Positions 1 to 9,585 of a DNA stretch of 46,501 bases are shown piece after piece. Within the stretch, counting starts at the first letter, position 1, and each line of letters begins with the position of its first letter. Location: the NCBI GenBank assembly GCA_009924545.1, contig RFRL01000003.1, forward strand, positions 1 to 46,501, given 5' to 3'. Origin of the DNA: Planctomycetia bacterium (GTDB lineage: Bacteria; Planctomycetota; Planctomycetia; Pirellulales; UBA1268). The notes beneath the pieces are model-generated. The model saw only the letters and a list, made by a program, of their open reading frames with translations, ran no database searches and was not told the origin of the DNA. A program made the position numbers and the translations under genes.

Positions 1-81
1 CGCGACCGCGTCCGCCCGCGCCGTGCCGGTGGTGGAGCCGTGATCCGCTGATCGGATCACGGCCGGGGGCAGGTCAACCGC

Positions 82-3000
82 ATGCCCAGCCCCGCCCGCC
101 ATCATCCGTTGCTCCGACATCGCAGGCTGCTGGCCCTGGTCCTGGCGCTGTGCCCCGGCGGGATCACGCCCGCGGCAGAGCCGGCTGCGGCGCCGCCCGT
201 GATGGTCCGGATCACCTGGGGCGGGGGCCGCCCACGGAGCTGGAGTGGATCGATCGCCGTGCGGGGCGCGGACGGATCGGGCCGACCGTTGCCCCAGTGG
301 CGGCCGCTCGCCACCGATGGCGAGGCGGTGGCCCGACTCCACGGGCGTGGCGACCGCCTGCAGGTGGTGCCGGCCGGGGAACCCGTGGTCCTCGACGGCG
401 TCGAACTGGCGGTCGCCGACTGGTCCACGGAACGCATCGAGGTGACCCTCGCGGCGGAGGGCCACGCGACCGGTGCCACCACTGTGGCCGTCGCCGACCT
501 GATCACGGCGCCAACGATCGAGCCCCTCGACGCGGAAGCCAACCGGTTGTCGCTGGAGCGGGCGCCGGGAGACGAACTGCGGGTGGTGTTCGACGACCCC
601 CCAACCGCGAGCCGGGCGGAAGGGGCCGGCAAGGCGCCGACGCTCCGGCGCCCCGGGGAACCGCTGCGCCTGTGGGTCCATCCCCTGCTGCCCGGCCATC
701 AGGGGGCGGGCACTTCGGTGGAGCTCCGGGCCCGCATCGTCGGCACCTCCGATGGAACCACCCACGGCTCGACGGCGGTCCTCCTCCACGAGGTCACCGC
801 CGCCGAGGATGTGCCGTCGGCGCGCAGTTTCGTGGCTGTCCCGGTCGATCTCGCGGTCCCGGCGCGCGAGGCGGCGTACGACGTCGTGCTCGAGGTGGTG
901 GAACGCTCGGGCCTGCGCTGGTCGCGGCCGATCGCCAGCCGCACCGTGCAGTGCGTGGCCGTGTCGCCGATCGCCCCGCCGGCGCCGCCCCTGGAGTGGA
1001 AGGTCGTCTGCGAGGTCGATCCCGCCAGCCCGCGACTCCTGGAACGCCTGCGGAGACTGCCGGGGATGAGCCTCCCGGGAGTGACGCCGCCGGGATTCCC
1101 GCTGGCGCCGGGGACGCTGCCGAAGATGCCCTTTCCCACCCTGCCGCTGCCGAAGCTGCCGCCCGTCGGGGAGATGGTGCCGCGGTTCGCGGGGCTCCTC
1201 GCCGTCGGGCATTCGACCCTCGTGTCGCACCCCGCCGGAGCGCTCCTGCGCCTGCCGCCGGCGCCGGGGCCCGACGAGCCGTCATGGGAGGGAATCGCCG
1301 TCTCCGGCCTGCAGCCCGGTCACCCGCACGTGGTGGAGATCGATTATCCCCTCGACCAGGACGCGATGGTCGGCCTCACGGTCCTCGAACAGGTCGGCGG
1401 CCAGGTGCAGGCCACGGCGGCCGGGGGGTTCGTCGTGGAACGCGGCACGCTCGCCCTGACGTGCGACACCGCTACCGCGGGCTTGGGGCGCCAGCGCTTC
1501 GCCTTCTGGCCCCACACCCGGGCCGGGGTGGTGGTTGTGTCGAATGCGGCGCTTCGCGGCCCGCTGCACGTCGGCCGGATGCGCGTGCTGGCGGGGCCCG
1601 AGCGCCTGCCACCTGCGCCCACCGCGCACGCGGGGCGCCGGTTGTTGGCCCTCGTGCCGGAGCCGGAGGTGAGCCGTTACGGCGGGGCTCAGCGAGTCGA
1701 TCCGGCCACCGGGCGCGGGACCACCGATTGGCAGGGGCTGCTCGCCGGGTACCGTTCGGTCGCCCAGTGGATCGCCGCGCAGGGGGGCGACGGAGCGGTG
1801 GTCACGGTGGTCGCCGACGGGGGGGCGGCGTGGCCGGCCGAGAGCCTGCGGCGCAGCCCGCGTTGGGACAGCGGCGCGTCGTTCGTCGGCCGGCTCGACC
1901 CGGTGCCGAAGGATGCCCTGGCGCTCGCCTGCCGACTGTTCGCCCGCGAGGGGCTCACGCTCGTCCCGGGGCTGGCCGGCACGGGACCGCTCCCGTCGAT
2001 CGAGGCCCTCCTGGCCGAGGAAAGCGTCGACCGCACCGGGCTGTTGTGCGTCGGAGCCGACGGTCGGCCCCGGCGCGGGCGCTCCAGCGCCGGTCGATAC
2101 AACATCCTCGATCGCCGTGTCCAGGATGCCTGCGCGGAGGTTCTGGTGGAGTTGGCGGAGCGCGTGCGCGGCGAGCCTGCCGTCACGGGACTGGCCCTCC
2201 TGGTGCCGCACGACGGCTGGCTGCACTGCCCCGGGGTGGCCAGCAACCTCGACGATGCGACGTTCGCCCGGTTCCTTGCCGCCGCCGGGCCGGTGGCGGC
2301 GGGGGTGGAGCCCGCCGGTCAGCCGGCCGGACTGGAGCGCTTCGCCAACCGTGCACGGCTGGTCGAGGGGCCGCTACGGGAGCCGTGGCTGGAATGGCGG
2401 GCGGGGGAGATCGCGCGCTTCCAGCACCGGCTCGCCGACGCCATCCGCGCCGTGAATCCCGACTGGACCCTCGCCGTCTTGCCGACGACGCTGTTCGCCG
2501 TGGGCGAGCAGGCGGCGCGCTTCCGCCCCCTCTTTCCCGCCACGGCCGACGATGCCGACCTGCTCCGCGAGGTGGGATTCGACCCGGCCCTGATCGCGTC
2601 GCACGGCGGCATCGTCCTCGGCGTCCCCCAAGCGACGGCGGCCACGGCCGACATCGTGGAGTCGGGTGTCGTGCACCGGGCCAACCGTGCCGTCGCCGGC
2701 CAGCCGGCGGTGGCCCGGCGGGCGGCGGTGCTGGTGTCGCAGCCGCGTCGGCTCGATCTCGCCGCGGCGCTGCCGCACATGCCGCTCAAGGGCGAGGTCA
2801 CCGCGGTGGCGGTGGAGACGCGGGCCGTTCTCGCCGGACCGCAGGCCGGGCGGCCCCTGGCTCACGTCCTCGGCGGCGGGGACGTGGAGATGGTGCTCGA
2901 CGAGTCGCTCACCGCCGTCGCTGCCGACGACAATCTCCTCCGTGACCGGCGCCGGATCGCCGTGCTGCCTCCGATCGCGCTGGCCGCGCTGCCGCGGATC

Positions 3001-4065
3001 GCCGCGCCGCTGGTGGCACGGAGCGGTCAGGATGCCGGTGCCACGTGGGTGAGCATCGTCAATCTGGCCGGTGAGCCCTGCCGGGGCGTGCTCACCGCGG
3101 CCGAGGCCTTGCCCGCTGGCGAGGATCCCGCCTCCACCGAGACGTTGCCCGCCACCGGGAACACGCTCACCGTGCCCCTCGGACCCTGGCAGGCACGCAC
3201 CGTGCGCCTCCCGGGCGCGGTGCGGCTCGAGCGCGCGACAGGGGCTTTCGACCCCGCGGTCGCGCCGCTCGTCGACCGGGCCGTGGCCGGCTTGCGGCGG
3301 CGGCGCGCGGTGTTGGAGACGCCGTTGCCGCTGGCGGTGCTCGACAACCCGTCGTTCGAACAACCGGAGCTCGGCGACCGGGTCGCCGGTTGGGAGTTGC
3401 TCGAGCCGCACCGCGGCACCATCCGCGGCATCGCGGCCGGGGCGCCTACCGGCGGGCATGGGGTCGAGTTCGCCACCGTCAACGGCCTCGCCACCCTGCG
3501 CAGCAATCCCTTCCCGGCCCCCGCCACGGGACGCATCAGTGTGGCCGTGTGGCTCCGGCTCCCCGCGGACACCCGCCAGCCGCCGCTGCGGATCGCCCTG
3601 GAGGGGCTCCATGCTGGGCGCGGGTATTACCGCTTCGCACCGGTGGGGATGGCACCGGGGGCGATGCCCCTGGGCCGCACTTGGTCGCAGTTCGTGCTCC
3701 AGGTGGACGATCTGCCCACCGAGGGGATCGAGTCGCTGCGCGTCCGCCTCGACCTCCTCGGCCCGGGGGCGGTGGAACTCGACGACGTACGCGTCTTCGA
3801 CCTCGCCTTCGACGAGGCGCAGCGTGTCCAGCTCACCAAGCTCCTGGCGCTGCTCGATCACCATCTGGCGGTGCCCGATCTGGGGGCCTGCCTCGCCGAG
3901 ATCGACGATCCTTGGGCCCGCTTCCTCCTCACCTTCGTGTCGGAGCCTGCGGGCCGCGTGGCCGACGACCCATCCGCCGACGGGACCCGTGCGGCCCCGG
4001 CCCGCAGCGCCAGGCAGCCGGCCCCCACCGGCATCCTCGACCGCTTCCGGCAGTGGTGGCGGTGA
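82..4065 (+). CDS. Large secreted hypothetical protein, possibly with a central glycoside-hydrolase-like TIM barrel and a C-terminal carbohydrate-binding-like module
   Basis: 1327-aa ORF with a signal-peptide-like N-terminus (RHRRLLALVLALC...) and a Pro-rich linker. The central region (YNILDRRVQD, LDDATFARF, WLEWRA) resembles GH-like proteins; the C-terminal NPSFE..GW..LDDVRV pattern resembles CBM4/9-like folds. The function is inferred. Confidence 0.6.
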   Translation: MPSPARHHPLLRHRRLLALVLALCPGGITPAAEPAAAPPVMVRITWGGGRPRSWSGSIAVRGADGSGRPLPQWRPLATDGEAVARLHGRGDRLQVVPAGEPVVLDGVELAVADWSTERIEVTLAAEGHATGATTVAVADLITAPTIEPLDAEANRLSLERAPGDELRVVFDDPPTASRAEGAGKAPTLRRPGEPLRLWVHPLLPGHQGAGTSVELRARIVGTSDGTTHGSTAVLLHEVTAAEDVPSARSFVAVPVDLAVPAREAAYDVVLEVVERSGLRWSRPIASRTVQCVAVSPIAPPAPPLEWKVVCEVDPASPRLLERLRRLPGMSLPGVTPPGFPLAPGTLPKMPFPTLPLPKLPPVGEMVPRFAGLLAVGHSTLVSHPAGALLRLPPAPGPDEPSWEGIAVSGLQPGHPHVVEIDYPLDQDAMVGLTVLEQVGGQVQATAAGGFVVERGTLALTCDTATAGLGRQRFAFWPHTRAGVVVVSNAALRGPLHVGRMRVLAGPERLPPAPTAHAGRRLLALVPEPEVSRYGGAQRVDPATGRGTTDWQGLLAGYRSVAQWIAAQGGDGAVVTVVADGGAAWPAESLRRSPRWDSGASFVGRLDPVPKDALALACRLFAREGLTLVPGLAGTGPLPSIEALLAEESVDRTGLLCVGADGRPRRGRSSAGRYNILDRRVQDACAEVLVELAERVRGEPAVTGLALLVPHDGWLHCPGVASNLDDATFARFLAAAGPVAAGVEPAGQPAGLERFANRARLVEGPLREPWLEWRAGEIARFQHRLADAIRAVNPDWTLAVLPTTLFAVGEQAARFRPLFPATADDADLLREVGFDPALIASHGGIVLGVPQATAATADIVESGVVHRANRAVAGQPAVARRAAVLVSQPRRLDLAAALPHMPLKGEVTAVAVETRAVLAGPQAGRPLAHVLGGGDVEMVLDESLTAVAADDNLLRDRRRIAVLPPIALAALPRIAAPLVARSGQDAGATWVSIVNLAGEPCRGVLTAAEALPAGEDPASTETLPATGNTLTVPLGPWQARTVRLPGAVRLERATGAFDPAVAPLVDRAVAGLRRRRAVLETPLPLAVLDNPSFEQPELGDRVAGWELLEPHRGTIRGIAAGAPTGGHGVEFATVNGLATLRSNPFPAPATGRISVAVWLRLPADTRQPPLRIALEGLHAGRGYYRFAPVGMAPGAMPLGRTWSQFVLQVDDLPTEGIESLRVRLDLLGPGAVELDDVRVFDLAFDEAQRVQLTKLLALLDHHLAVPDLGACLAEIDDPWARFLLTFVSEPAGRVADDPSADGTRAAPARSARQPAPTGILDRFRQWWR

Positions 4066-4086
4066 GGGCGGCCGGGACGGACGCCG

Positions 4087-5532
4087 TCAGAACGTGGCGT
4101 TGGCACGGATCCCGTAGACGAAGGCGTTGTCGGTGGCGATCGCCCCGAGGCCGGGGCGGATCCACTGCATGTCGGGCGTGACGTTGAGCCACGGAGTGAC
4201 CTGGACGTTGTAGAACCACTCGACACCCTGACCGTCCCGCGGGCTGAAGAGGGCCATGGGCACCGGGCCGAACTGGTCGCTCGCCCCGACGAAGAACCAG
4301 CCGATACCGAAGGTGTCGCCGCGCACCCGCCCCAGCGGGCTGAAGCCGCCCAGGCCGGTGCTGAGGAAGTAGCGGATCGGGTTGGGGTTGCCGTCGGAGA
4401 TCGACGCGCGGCCGAAGAGTCCCCAGCCGCGGTCGGGATTGTCGCGGAACAGGTCGACATACTGGTCGAAGCCGCAGTACAGCGTGTAGGAGTCCCACAG
4501 GGTCGCCGGGCCCGGCGCCGGCGGCTCGTAGCCCGGCCCCGGCGGGATGAAGGCGAAGCGCAGGTCGAGTTGCTCGTCGTGCTTCCACACCCCGCCCACG
4601 TGCTGCTGCCCGGGCAGCCCGAAGAAACCCGTTTTGCGTTTGATCTCGGCGCCGATGATGATGCCCTGGTTGAACAGGTCGCCGAACTGCATGAAGTCGG
4701 CGGTGCGGTTCTTGGGATCCATGACGAACATCGCCATCCCGCCCCACTCGCGCGGTGAGACGATCCCCGCCGTGAAGAACGAATAGGGCATCCCGAGGAG
4801 AAACGAGGGGTTGGCGATCAACGCCTGGTTGACGAACTGGTCGGTACCGTCGCCACCGGCGAAGATGTCCTGGTCGAACGACCCGAGGACGTCTTTCTTG
4901 CCACCGAACACGACCCAGTCGGGCGACAGCGGCTGCGTGAAGAGGAAGTTGGTGATGTACGGCACGCCGGCGTCGTTCGGCCGGGGGGGCAGCAGGGCGG
5001 GGAACACCGTTGGCGTGAAGGAACCTGCGCGGAGCGACACGTTGCCATACTCGCCATACCACTGCTCCGCGCGCACGAGCAAGCGGCCGTGGGGCAGACC
5101 GCCGAACTTCTCGAGATCGAACACCGCGTCGTACTCACTCCGCCCGGTGTAGACGAATCCGCCCCCCTCCCCGAGGGGCGGCAACACGGGTCGGTCGATG
5201 CCGCCTGCCAAGCCGAAGCCGAAGTGGGTGATCCGGCCTCCGAACGTGACCCCCGACTCGCGCGTGGAGAACAAGCGATCGAAGGCGTCGCCGGTCACCG
5301 TTTTTCGTCCGAACGCCACTCCCTCCGCGGCCGGCCCGCGCCCGGGCGTGTCGGGAGCCTCCGCGAACGGTGCCGGCGCCGGGTCGTCGGGGAGGAGATC
5401 GATGGAATACGGATAGGCCATCCGCTCGGTGATCACCTGCTCGGCGGCGCCGGCGTCATCCTGGGCGACGCCGGTCGTCGGCAGCGCCGTCAGGAGGAGG
5501 GCGACGAGAAGCGGCATGCGGGTGGGGAGCAT
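4087..5532 (-). CDS. Carbohydrate-selective porin, OprB family
   Basis: Signal peptide; OprB-like segments (FDLEKF..G, GLFGRASISDG, EWFYNVQVTPWLNVTPDMQWI.PG, GIRANATF); C-terminal Phe typical of beta-barrel outer-membrane proteins. Confidence 0.85.
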   Translation of the reverse strand: MLPTRMPLLVALLLTALPTTGVAQDDAGAAEQVITERMAYPYSIDLLPDDPAPAPFAEAPDTPGRGPAAEGVAFGRKTVTGDAFDRLFSTRESGVTFGGRITHFGFGLAGGIDRPVLPPLGEGGGFVYTGRSEYDAVFDLEKFGGLPHGRLLVRAEQWYGEYGNVSLRAGSFTPTVFPALLPPRPNDAGVPYITNFLFTQPLSPDWVVFGGKKDVLGSFDQDIFAGGDGTDQFVNQALIANPSFLLGMPYSFFTAGIVSPREWGGMAMFVMDPKNRTADFMQFGDLFNQGIIIGAEIKRKTGFFGLPGQQHVGGVWKHDEQLDLRFAFIPPGPGYEPPAPGPATLWDSYTLYCGFDQYVDLFRDNPDRGWGLFGRASISDGNPNPIRYFLSTGLGGFSPLGRVRGDTFGIGWFFVGASDQFGPVPMALFSPRDGQGVEWFYNVQVTPWLNVTPDMQWIRPGLGAIATDNAFVYGIRANATF

Positions 5533-5541
5533 GGGTCTGGC

Positions 5542-7005
5542 TCAGTAGGCGGCGACAAGCTGGGTGCGGATGAGGAGCCCGGTCTGGCCGGCCACGAACC
5601 CGGTCCGGTTCTGGCCGGCAGGTGAGTGCTCCAGCCAGGCGGCATCGAAGGTGAAGAACAGGTTGTCCTTGCCCGGGATGAGGAAGCGGTTGAAGCCGCC
5701 GCCGAGCTCGGAGCCCGAACCGTAGGCTCCGGTGACGAACGAACCGCGGGCGTAGACCTCGGTCTCACCCGGGACGAGAAACACGCCCCCCTTGATGAAT
5801 CCGCCGAAGGCCGAAGTGGAGGCGAGCGGCAGCGGGCCGGTACCCCGGAGCCCGAGCAGGTTTTGGAAGTAGATCTCCGTCGACAGCCCCAGGCCCCGGT
5901 ACTTCCAGGCCGCGTCGAGCGCCGCCAGCGAAATGTCGTACGACGTCAGCGTCACGCCGGGGGCGAGCGCGTCGGGTGTCGTGACGATCGTGCCGTCGGA
6001 GAGGCGGACGGGAGAGTTCTCCACCGCGTCGCTGGCCGACTGGCTGCCGCTGCCGAGCGCGTAGGTGTAGCAGCCGCCCAGTCGGACGACAGGCGCGCCA
6101 TGGTGCTGGAGGTCGGAGTAGCCGCGGCCGAAGTCGCCCCATGGTTCCCACCAGGCCGAACCAGACCAGGCGAAGCGGTTGTTGAGTGCCTCGGGCTGCA
6201 GGTTGAGCGTGTTGAAGCCGTTGGACACCATGGCGTGGTAGTGGACGTCGTCGAGCGGCGTACCCGTGACCCACACCCCCTGGCTGAGACTGGGGCGGAA
6301 AAAGGTGGTGGCCATGGTCCGGTCGGCGCTCTGCAGCGGCGCGAACGCGCTTTCGATCCACTCACGCGATCCCGGCACCTTCGATTGCCCGACGAAGACT
6401 TCGACGGCGTCGCTGTACCGATAGCTCAACCAGAACGCGCGGAAGCCGATCGGTTGGCTGGTGACCGAGTTGTAGTCGATGTTCAGCAGGTAGGAGAGGT
6501 TCGGCAGCAGACAATTGCCCGCGAAGATGAGCCGTCCACGCGGGATGCCGAAGTAGTTCGAGTTGTTGATCGGCAGTACGTTGCCGGCGCTGTCGGTCCA
6601 GGAGGGCTCGGCCCGGGCGAAGCCGTCGTACCGGAACATGTTCTGGTTGCGGATCGTGAGCGAGAACGGCGTCTCCTCCGGGGCGACGGGGAGGATGGCG
6701 AAGCCATCGTCGTAGTCCACGCGGAATCCGTCGGCCCACCGCCGGTGTGCGCCCGGCGGGCAGTCCGGACAGTCCGTGCACGATCCCACCGGCGCTGGTG
6801 CGTCGGCCGGCCAATCGTCGGGCAGGGGGATAAGCCCGGTCTCCGGCCAAGCCTCCGCGTCCGTTCCCACCTCCACGGGCGCCACGGCGGGCGCGGCGGA
6901 ATGGGCCAAAAGCGCGCTCCACGCCCCGACGAGAAGGCACGCGGCCACCGCGAGCCGGCCGCGGATGGCGCGGGGATGGGATCGCGTTCGCACGGCAAGC
7001 GGCAT
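5542..7005 (-). CDS. Outer-membrane beta-barrel porin (phosphate-selective porin O/P-like)
   Basis: Signal peptide after ATG 7005 (the ORF extends to 7053); amphipathic strands, GQSKVPGSREW and DRTMATTFFRP motifs; terminal aromatic residue (Y). It ends 9 nt upstream of the OprB gene start. Confidence 0.7.
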   Translation of the reverse strand: MPLAVRTRSHPRAIRGRLAVAACLLVGAWSALLAHSAAPAVAPVEVGTDAEAWPETGLIPLPDDWPADAPAPVGSCTDCPDCPPGAHRRWADGFRVDYDDGFAILPVAPEETPFSLTIRNQNMFRYDGFARAEPSWTDSAGNVLPINNSNYFGIPRGRLIFAGNCLLPNLSYLLNIDYNSVTSQPIGFRAFWLSYRYSDAVEVFVGQSKVPGSREWIESAFAPLQSADRTMATTFFRPSLSQGVWVTGTPLDDVHYHAMVSNGFNTLNLQPEALNNRFAWSGSAWWEPWGDFGRGYSDLQHHGAPVVRLGGCYTYALGSGSQSASDAVENSPVRLSDGTIVTTPDALAPGVTLTSYDISLAALDAAWKYRGLGLSTEIYFQNLLGLRGTGPLPLASTSAFGGFIKGGVFLVPGETEVYARGSFVTGAYGSGSELGGGFNRFLIPGKDNLFFTFDAAWLEHSPAGQNRTGFVAGQTGLLIRTQLVAAY

Positions 7006-7430
7006 GGCGCGGAACTTCTCCCGAGCACCGCCCCGCGGGCGCTGTCCTGGCAATGTGGGTGGGCCGGGGGCCGGTGGGGGCCTGGGCGCAGACCTCCCTC
7101 GGCGGCCGAGGCAGAGCCTCCGGACTACTCATCGGCCGACCGTGCCGATCGCGTGGGAAAATCCGGTCGGGGGAGGTGTCCGACGTCAGGTCGGGGGAAG
7201 ACCTCCGTGACGACGCCGACCCGCGCACCGCCCGCTCTCCAAACGAGCTGTTGCTCGAGCGAAGCCGGCGACTGCGGCACGATTGCACCGCCGACGATGC
7301 CGCCCATCCGACGCTCGCCGAGGAGCCCGACTACCCGCTGATCACCGGCGGCAGGCCGCTCGCCGCGGTGCCCGGTCATCGCGTGACCATCGAGCTGTTC
7401 ACCGGATACCGGGGGTCAGTGGCACCCGCG

Positions 7431-7772
7431 TCAGCCGGGGGGCCAGCCGAGGGCACGGCCGCCGAGGAGATGGACGTGGATGTGGTCCACCGACTGGCCA
7501 CCGTCACGGCCGCAGTTGACCACCAACCGGTAGCCCCCGGCGAGCCCGAGCCGGTCCGCGATCCGCGTCGCCACCAGCACCAGGTGCCCGATCAGCGCCT
7601 CGTCGCCGTCGACGAGGGCCGTCAGCGCGGGGATCGGCCGCTTCGGGATCACGAGCACGTGCACCGGTGCTTGCGGTGCGACGTCGTGGAAGGCGAGGCA
7701 GCGGTCATCCTCGTGTTCGATCCGCGCGGGGATCTCGCGGGCGATGATCCGACTGAACACCGTCTCGGCCAT
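7431..7772 (-). CDS. hinT: Histidine triad nucleotide-binding protein (HIT/HinT family)
   Basis: [16 protein letters not shown]...[18 protein letters not shown]...[22 protein letters not shown]; HxHxH triad intact. Confidence 0.92.
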   Translation of the reverse strand: MAETVFSRIIAREIPARIEHEDDRCLAFHDVAPQAPVHVLVIPKRPIPALTALVDGDEALIGHLVLVATRIADRLGLAGGYRLVVNCGRDGGQSVDHIHVHLLGGRALGWPPG

Positions 7773-7804
7773 GGCGTTCCTCGCGGGATCGGTTCCGTGG
7801 TCCG

Positions 7805-8179
7805 TCAGCCCGCACTTCCGATCGCGTCGGTCGCCGCAGGCTTCGGGGTGGTGCGCCGCACGCGCTGCCGTGGGGGACGGGGCAGCGACCACTCCTTGGT
7901 GATCGTCTCGAACACCTCGGGGGTCTCGTAACGGACGATGTCGCGGCCTTCCGGCATCGGGCCCACCAGCGTGCGGAACACCGGGGCGCCACGCAGGTCG
8001 AGGTCGGTGCTACAGTCGTCGGTGCCGATCTGCAGGTGGGACCGCTGGATCCCCTCGGCAGAGTCGAAGTCGCGGATCACGAGTTCGCCGGCAGCATCGC
8101 GGGTGACGAGGCGCCAGGTGCGTTTGGGCATGGGGAGGGTTCCGGCCGGGGGGAGGGGGCTGCGTCGGGGCGGTTTCAT
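7805..8179 (-). CDS. Small hypothetical protein
   Basis: Protein-like C-terminal part of the 7805..9202 ORF (WRLVTRD...[27 protein letters not shown]...RYETPEVFE). A GGAGGAG RBS precedes ATG 8179; alternative start at 8131. Confidence 0.65.
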   Translation of the reverse strand: MKPPRRSPLPPAGTLPMPKRTWRLVTRDAAGELVIRDFDSAEGIQRSHLQIGTDDCSTDLDLRGAPVFRTLVGPMPEGRDIVRYETPEVFETITKEWSLPRPPRQRVRRTTPKPAATDAIGSAG

Positions 8180-8286
8180 GACGCCACGCTCCTCCGCTTC
8201 CATCGGCCCTGCATCCGGCCCGGCTGGAGCAGGGGATCGGCATGCCCGTGCGACCCGCGCCACGGCTCCCCGGCGGTATCCCGCGT

Positions 8287-9443
8287 CTATCCCGCACAAG
8301 CGCCGCAGGTGGACTCCGGCAGCCGCCAGGTCTCGGGGCGCCGGCCAAATTCGCACTCGATGGCAAAGCGTGCCATCCTCAGGAGCGCGTCGTGGTCGAG
8401 TTCGGGGCAGGGGATGTGCCCGGCGTGGGCGGCGGTGGCAGAGCGGTCGAATTCCGGGTCGCTCCGCAGGTAGCTGCGGTAGACGCCCAATTGCGAGCGC
8501 ATCGTGTCGGCGAACCAGCGTTCGTCGCGCACGTCGGGATCGTCCGGGGAGGCCGACGGCGAAAACCGCTCCACGGCCTCCTGGGTCACCCGGGCGATGA
8601 GTTCGGTCGGTACCGGCTGGGGGTGCGTGAGGTGATAGGTCCGGCCCTGGGCCGCGGGCGTCCGCAGGACATGGGCGATGACCGCCGACACCCAGTCGAC
8701 CGGTACGAAGTTCTTCCGGTCGCGGGCATCGATGCCGAGGATGCGGAGGAGGGACTTGCTGCTGGTGGAACCGATGACCATCCGCGGCAGCATGGTGTGC
8801 CCGAGGCGCACGACGGCGAACAGGCCGTGGTACGTGGAGGTGTAGCCCGTCCGCGAGTCCCCCACGATGATCGAGGGCCGCAGCACGGTCAGCGAGCGGA
8901 TGTGGGAAGCGCGGCGAACGACTGCCTCTGCCTCGACCTTGCTGCGCTCGTAGTCGTTGCCGTAGCGCTGGCCGACGTCGAGTTCGGTCTCCATGATGCG
9001 ACCCGTCCGCAGGCCGCACACATAGGCGGTGGAGACGTGGTGGAACGTGCCGATCCCGGCGGCGCGGGCCAACTCGAGCACATGGGCCGTACCCATGGCT
9101 CGCCGTCACGGTCGGCCCCGTGGAAGGTGAGCGAGGCGGCGTTGTGGACGATCGCGCTGCAGCGGTCGCCGATGGCCCGGACCGTTTCGGTATCGAGGCC
9201 ACAGCATGGAACCGTCAGGTCGCCGGCCACCACCGTGGGACGCGGCAGGCTCTCCCCCAGGGCCGCCTCCCAGCCGGCCACCATCGCCTCGATCCGGGCG
9301 GCGGGGTCGCGCTTCCGGTCGGGGCGGACGAGGACCATCGGTCGTTCGCCCGCCAGCAGAAGATCACGCACGAGATAGGAGCCGAGCAGCCCCGTCGCCC
9401 CCGTGAGCAGCAGTTGCCGCCCGCTCGACACCTCGGGGCTCAT
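8287..9443 (-). pseudogene. Frameshifted extended SDR (NAD_binding_4 / thioester reductase-like), paralog of 22345..23886
   Basis: The N-half (LLLTGATGLLG...IVHNAASL...DGEPW) is in the 8889..9683 frame. The C-half (GTAHVLEL...HHVSTAYVCG...YERSK...RPSIIVGD...NFVPVDWV) is in the 8287..9096 frame. The junction near 9090 lacks the xxNVx segment present in the paralog. Confidence 0.8.
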
Positions 9444-9585
9444 TTCCGCCGGACCGACGATCATGGGAGCGCGTGCGATCCTGCAGCCAAGCCACCACGG
9501 CCGTCCAGAGCGTCCGGCGGTCCGCGACGCAGGCAATGTAAGGTGATGATTCCCGGCCCGCAATGACCGCTTCGCGACGCTCCCC

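Noticed and set aside
7165-7198. GGTCGGGGGA repeated twice upstream of the porin operon
   Set aside because: Only 10 bp, G-rich and two copies; plausible by chance at this GC content.
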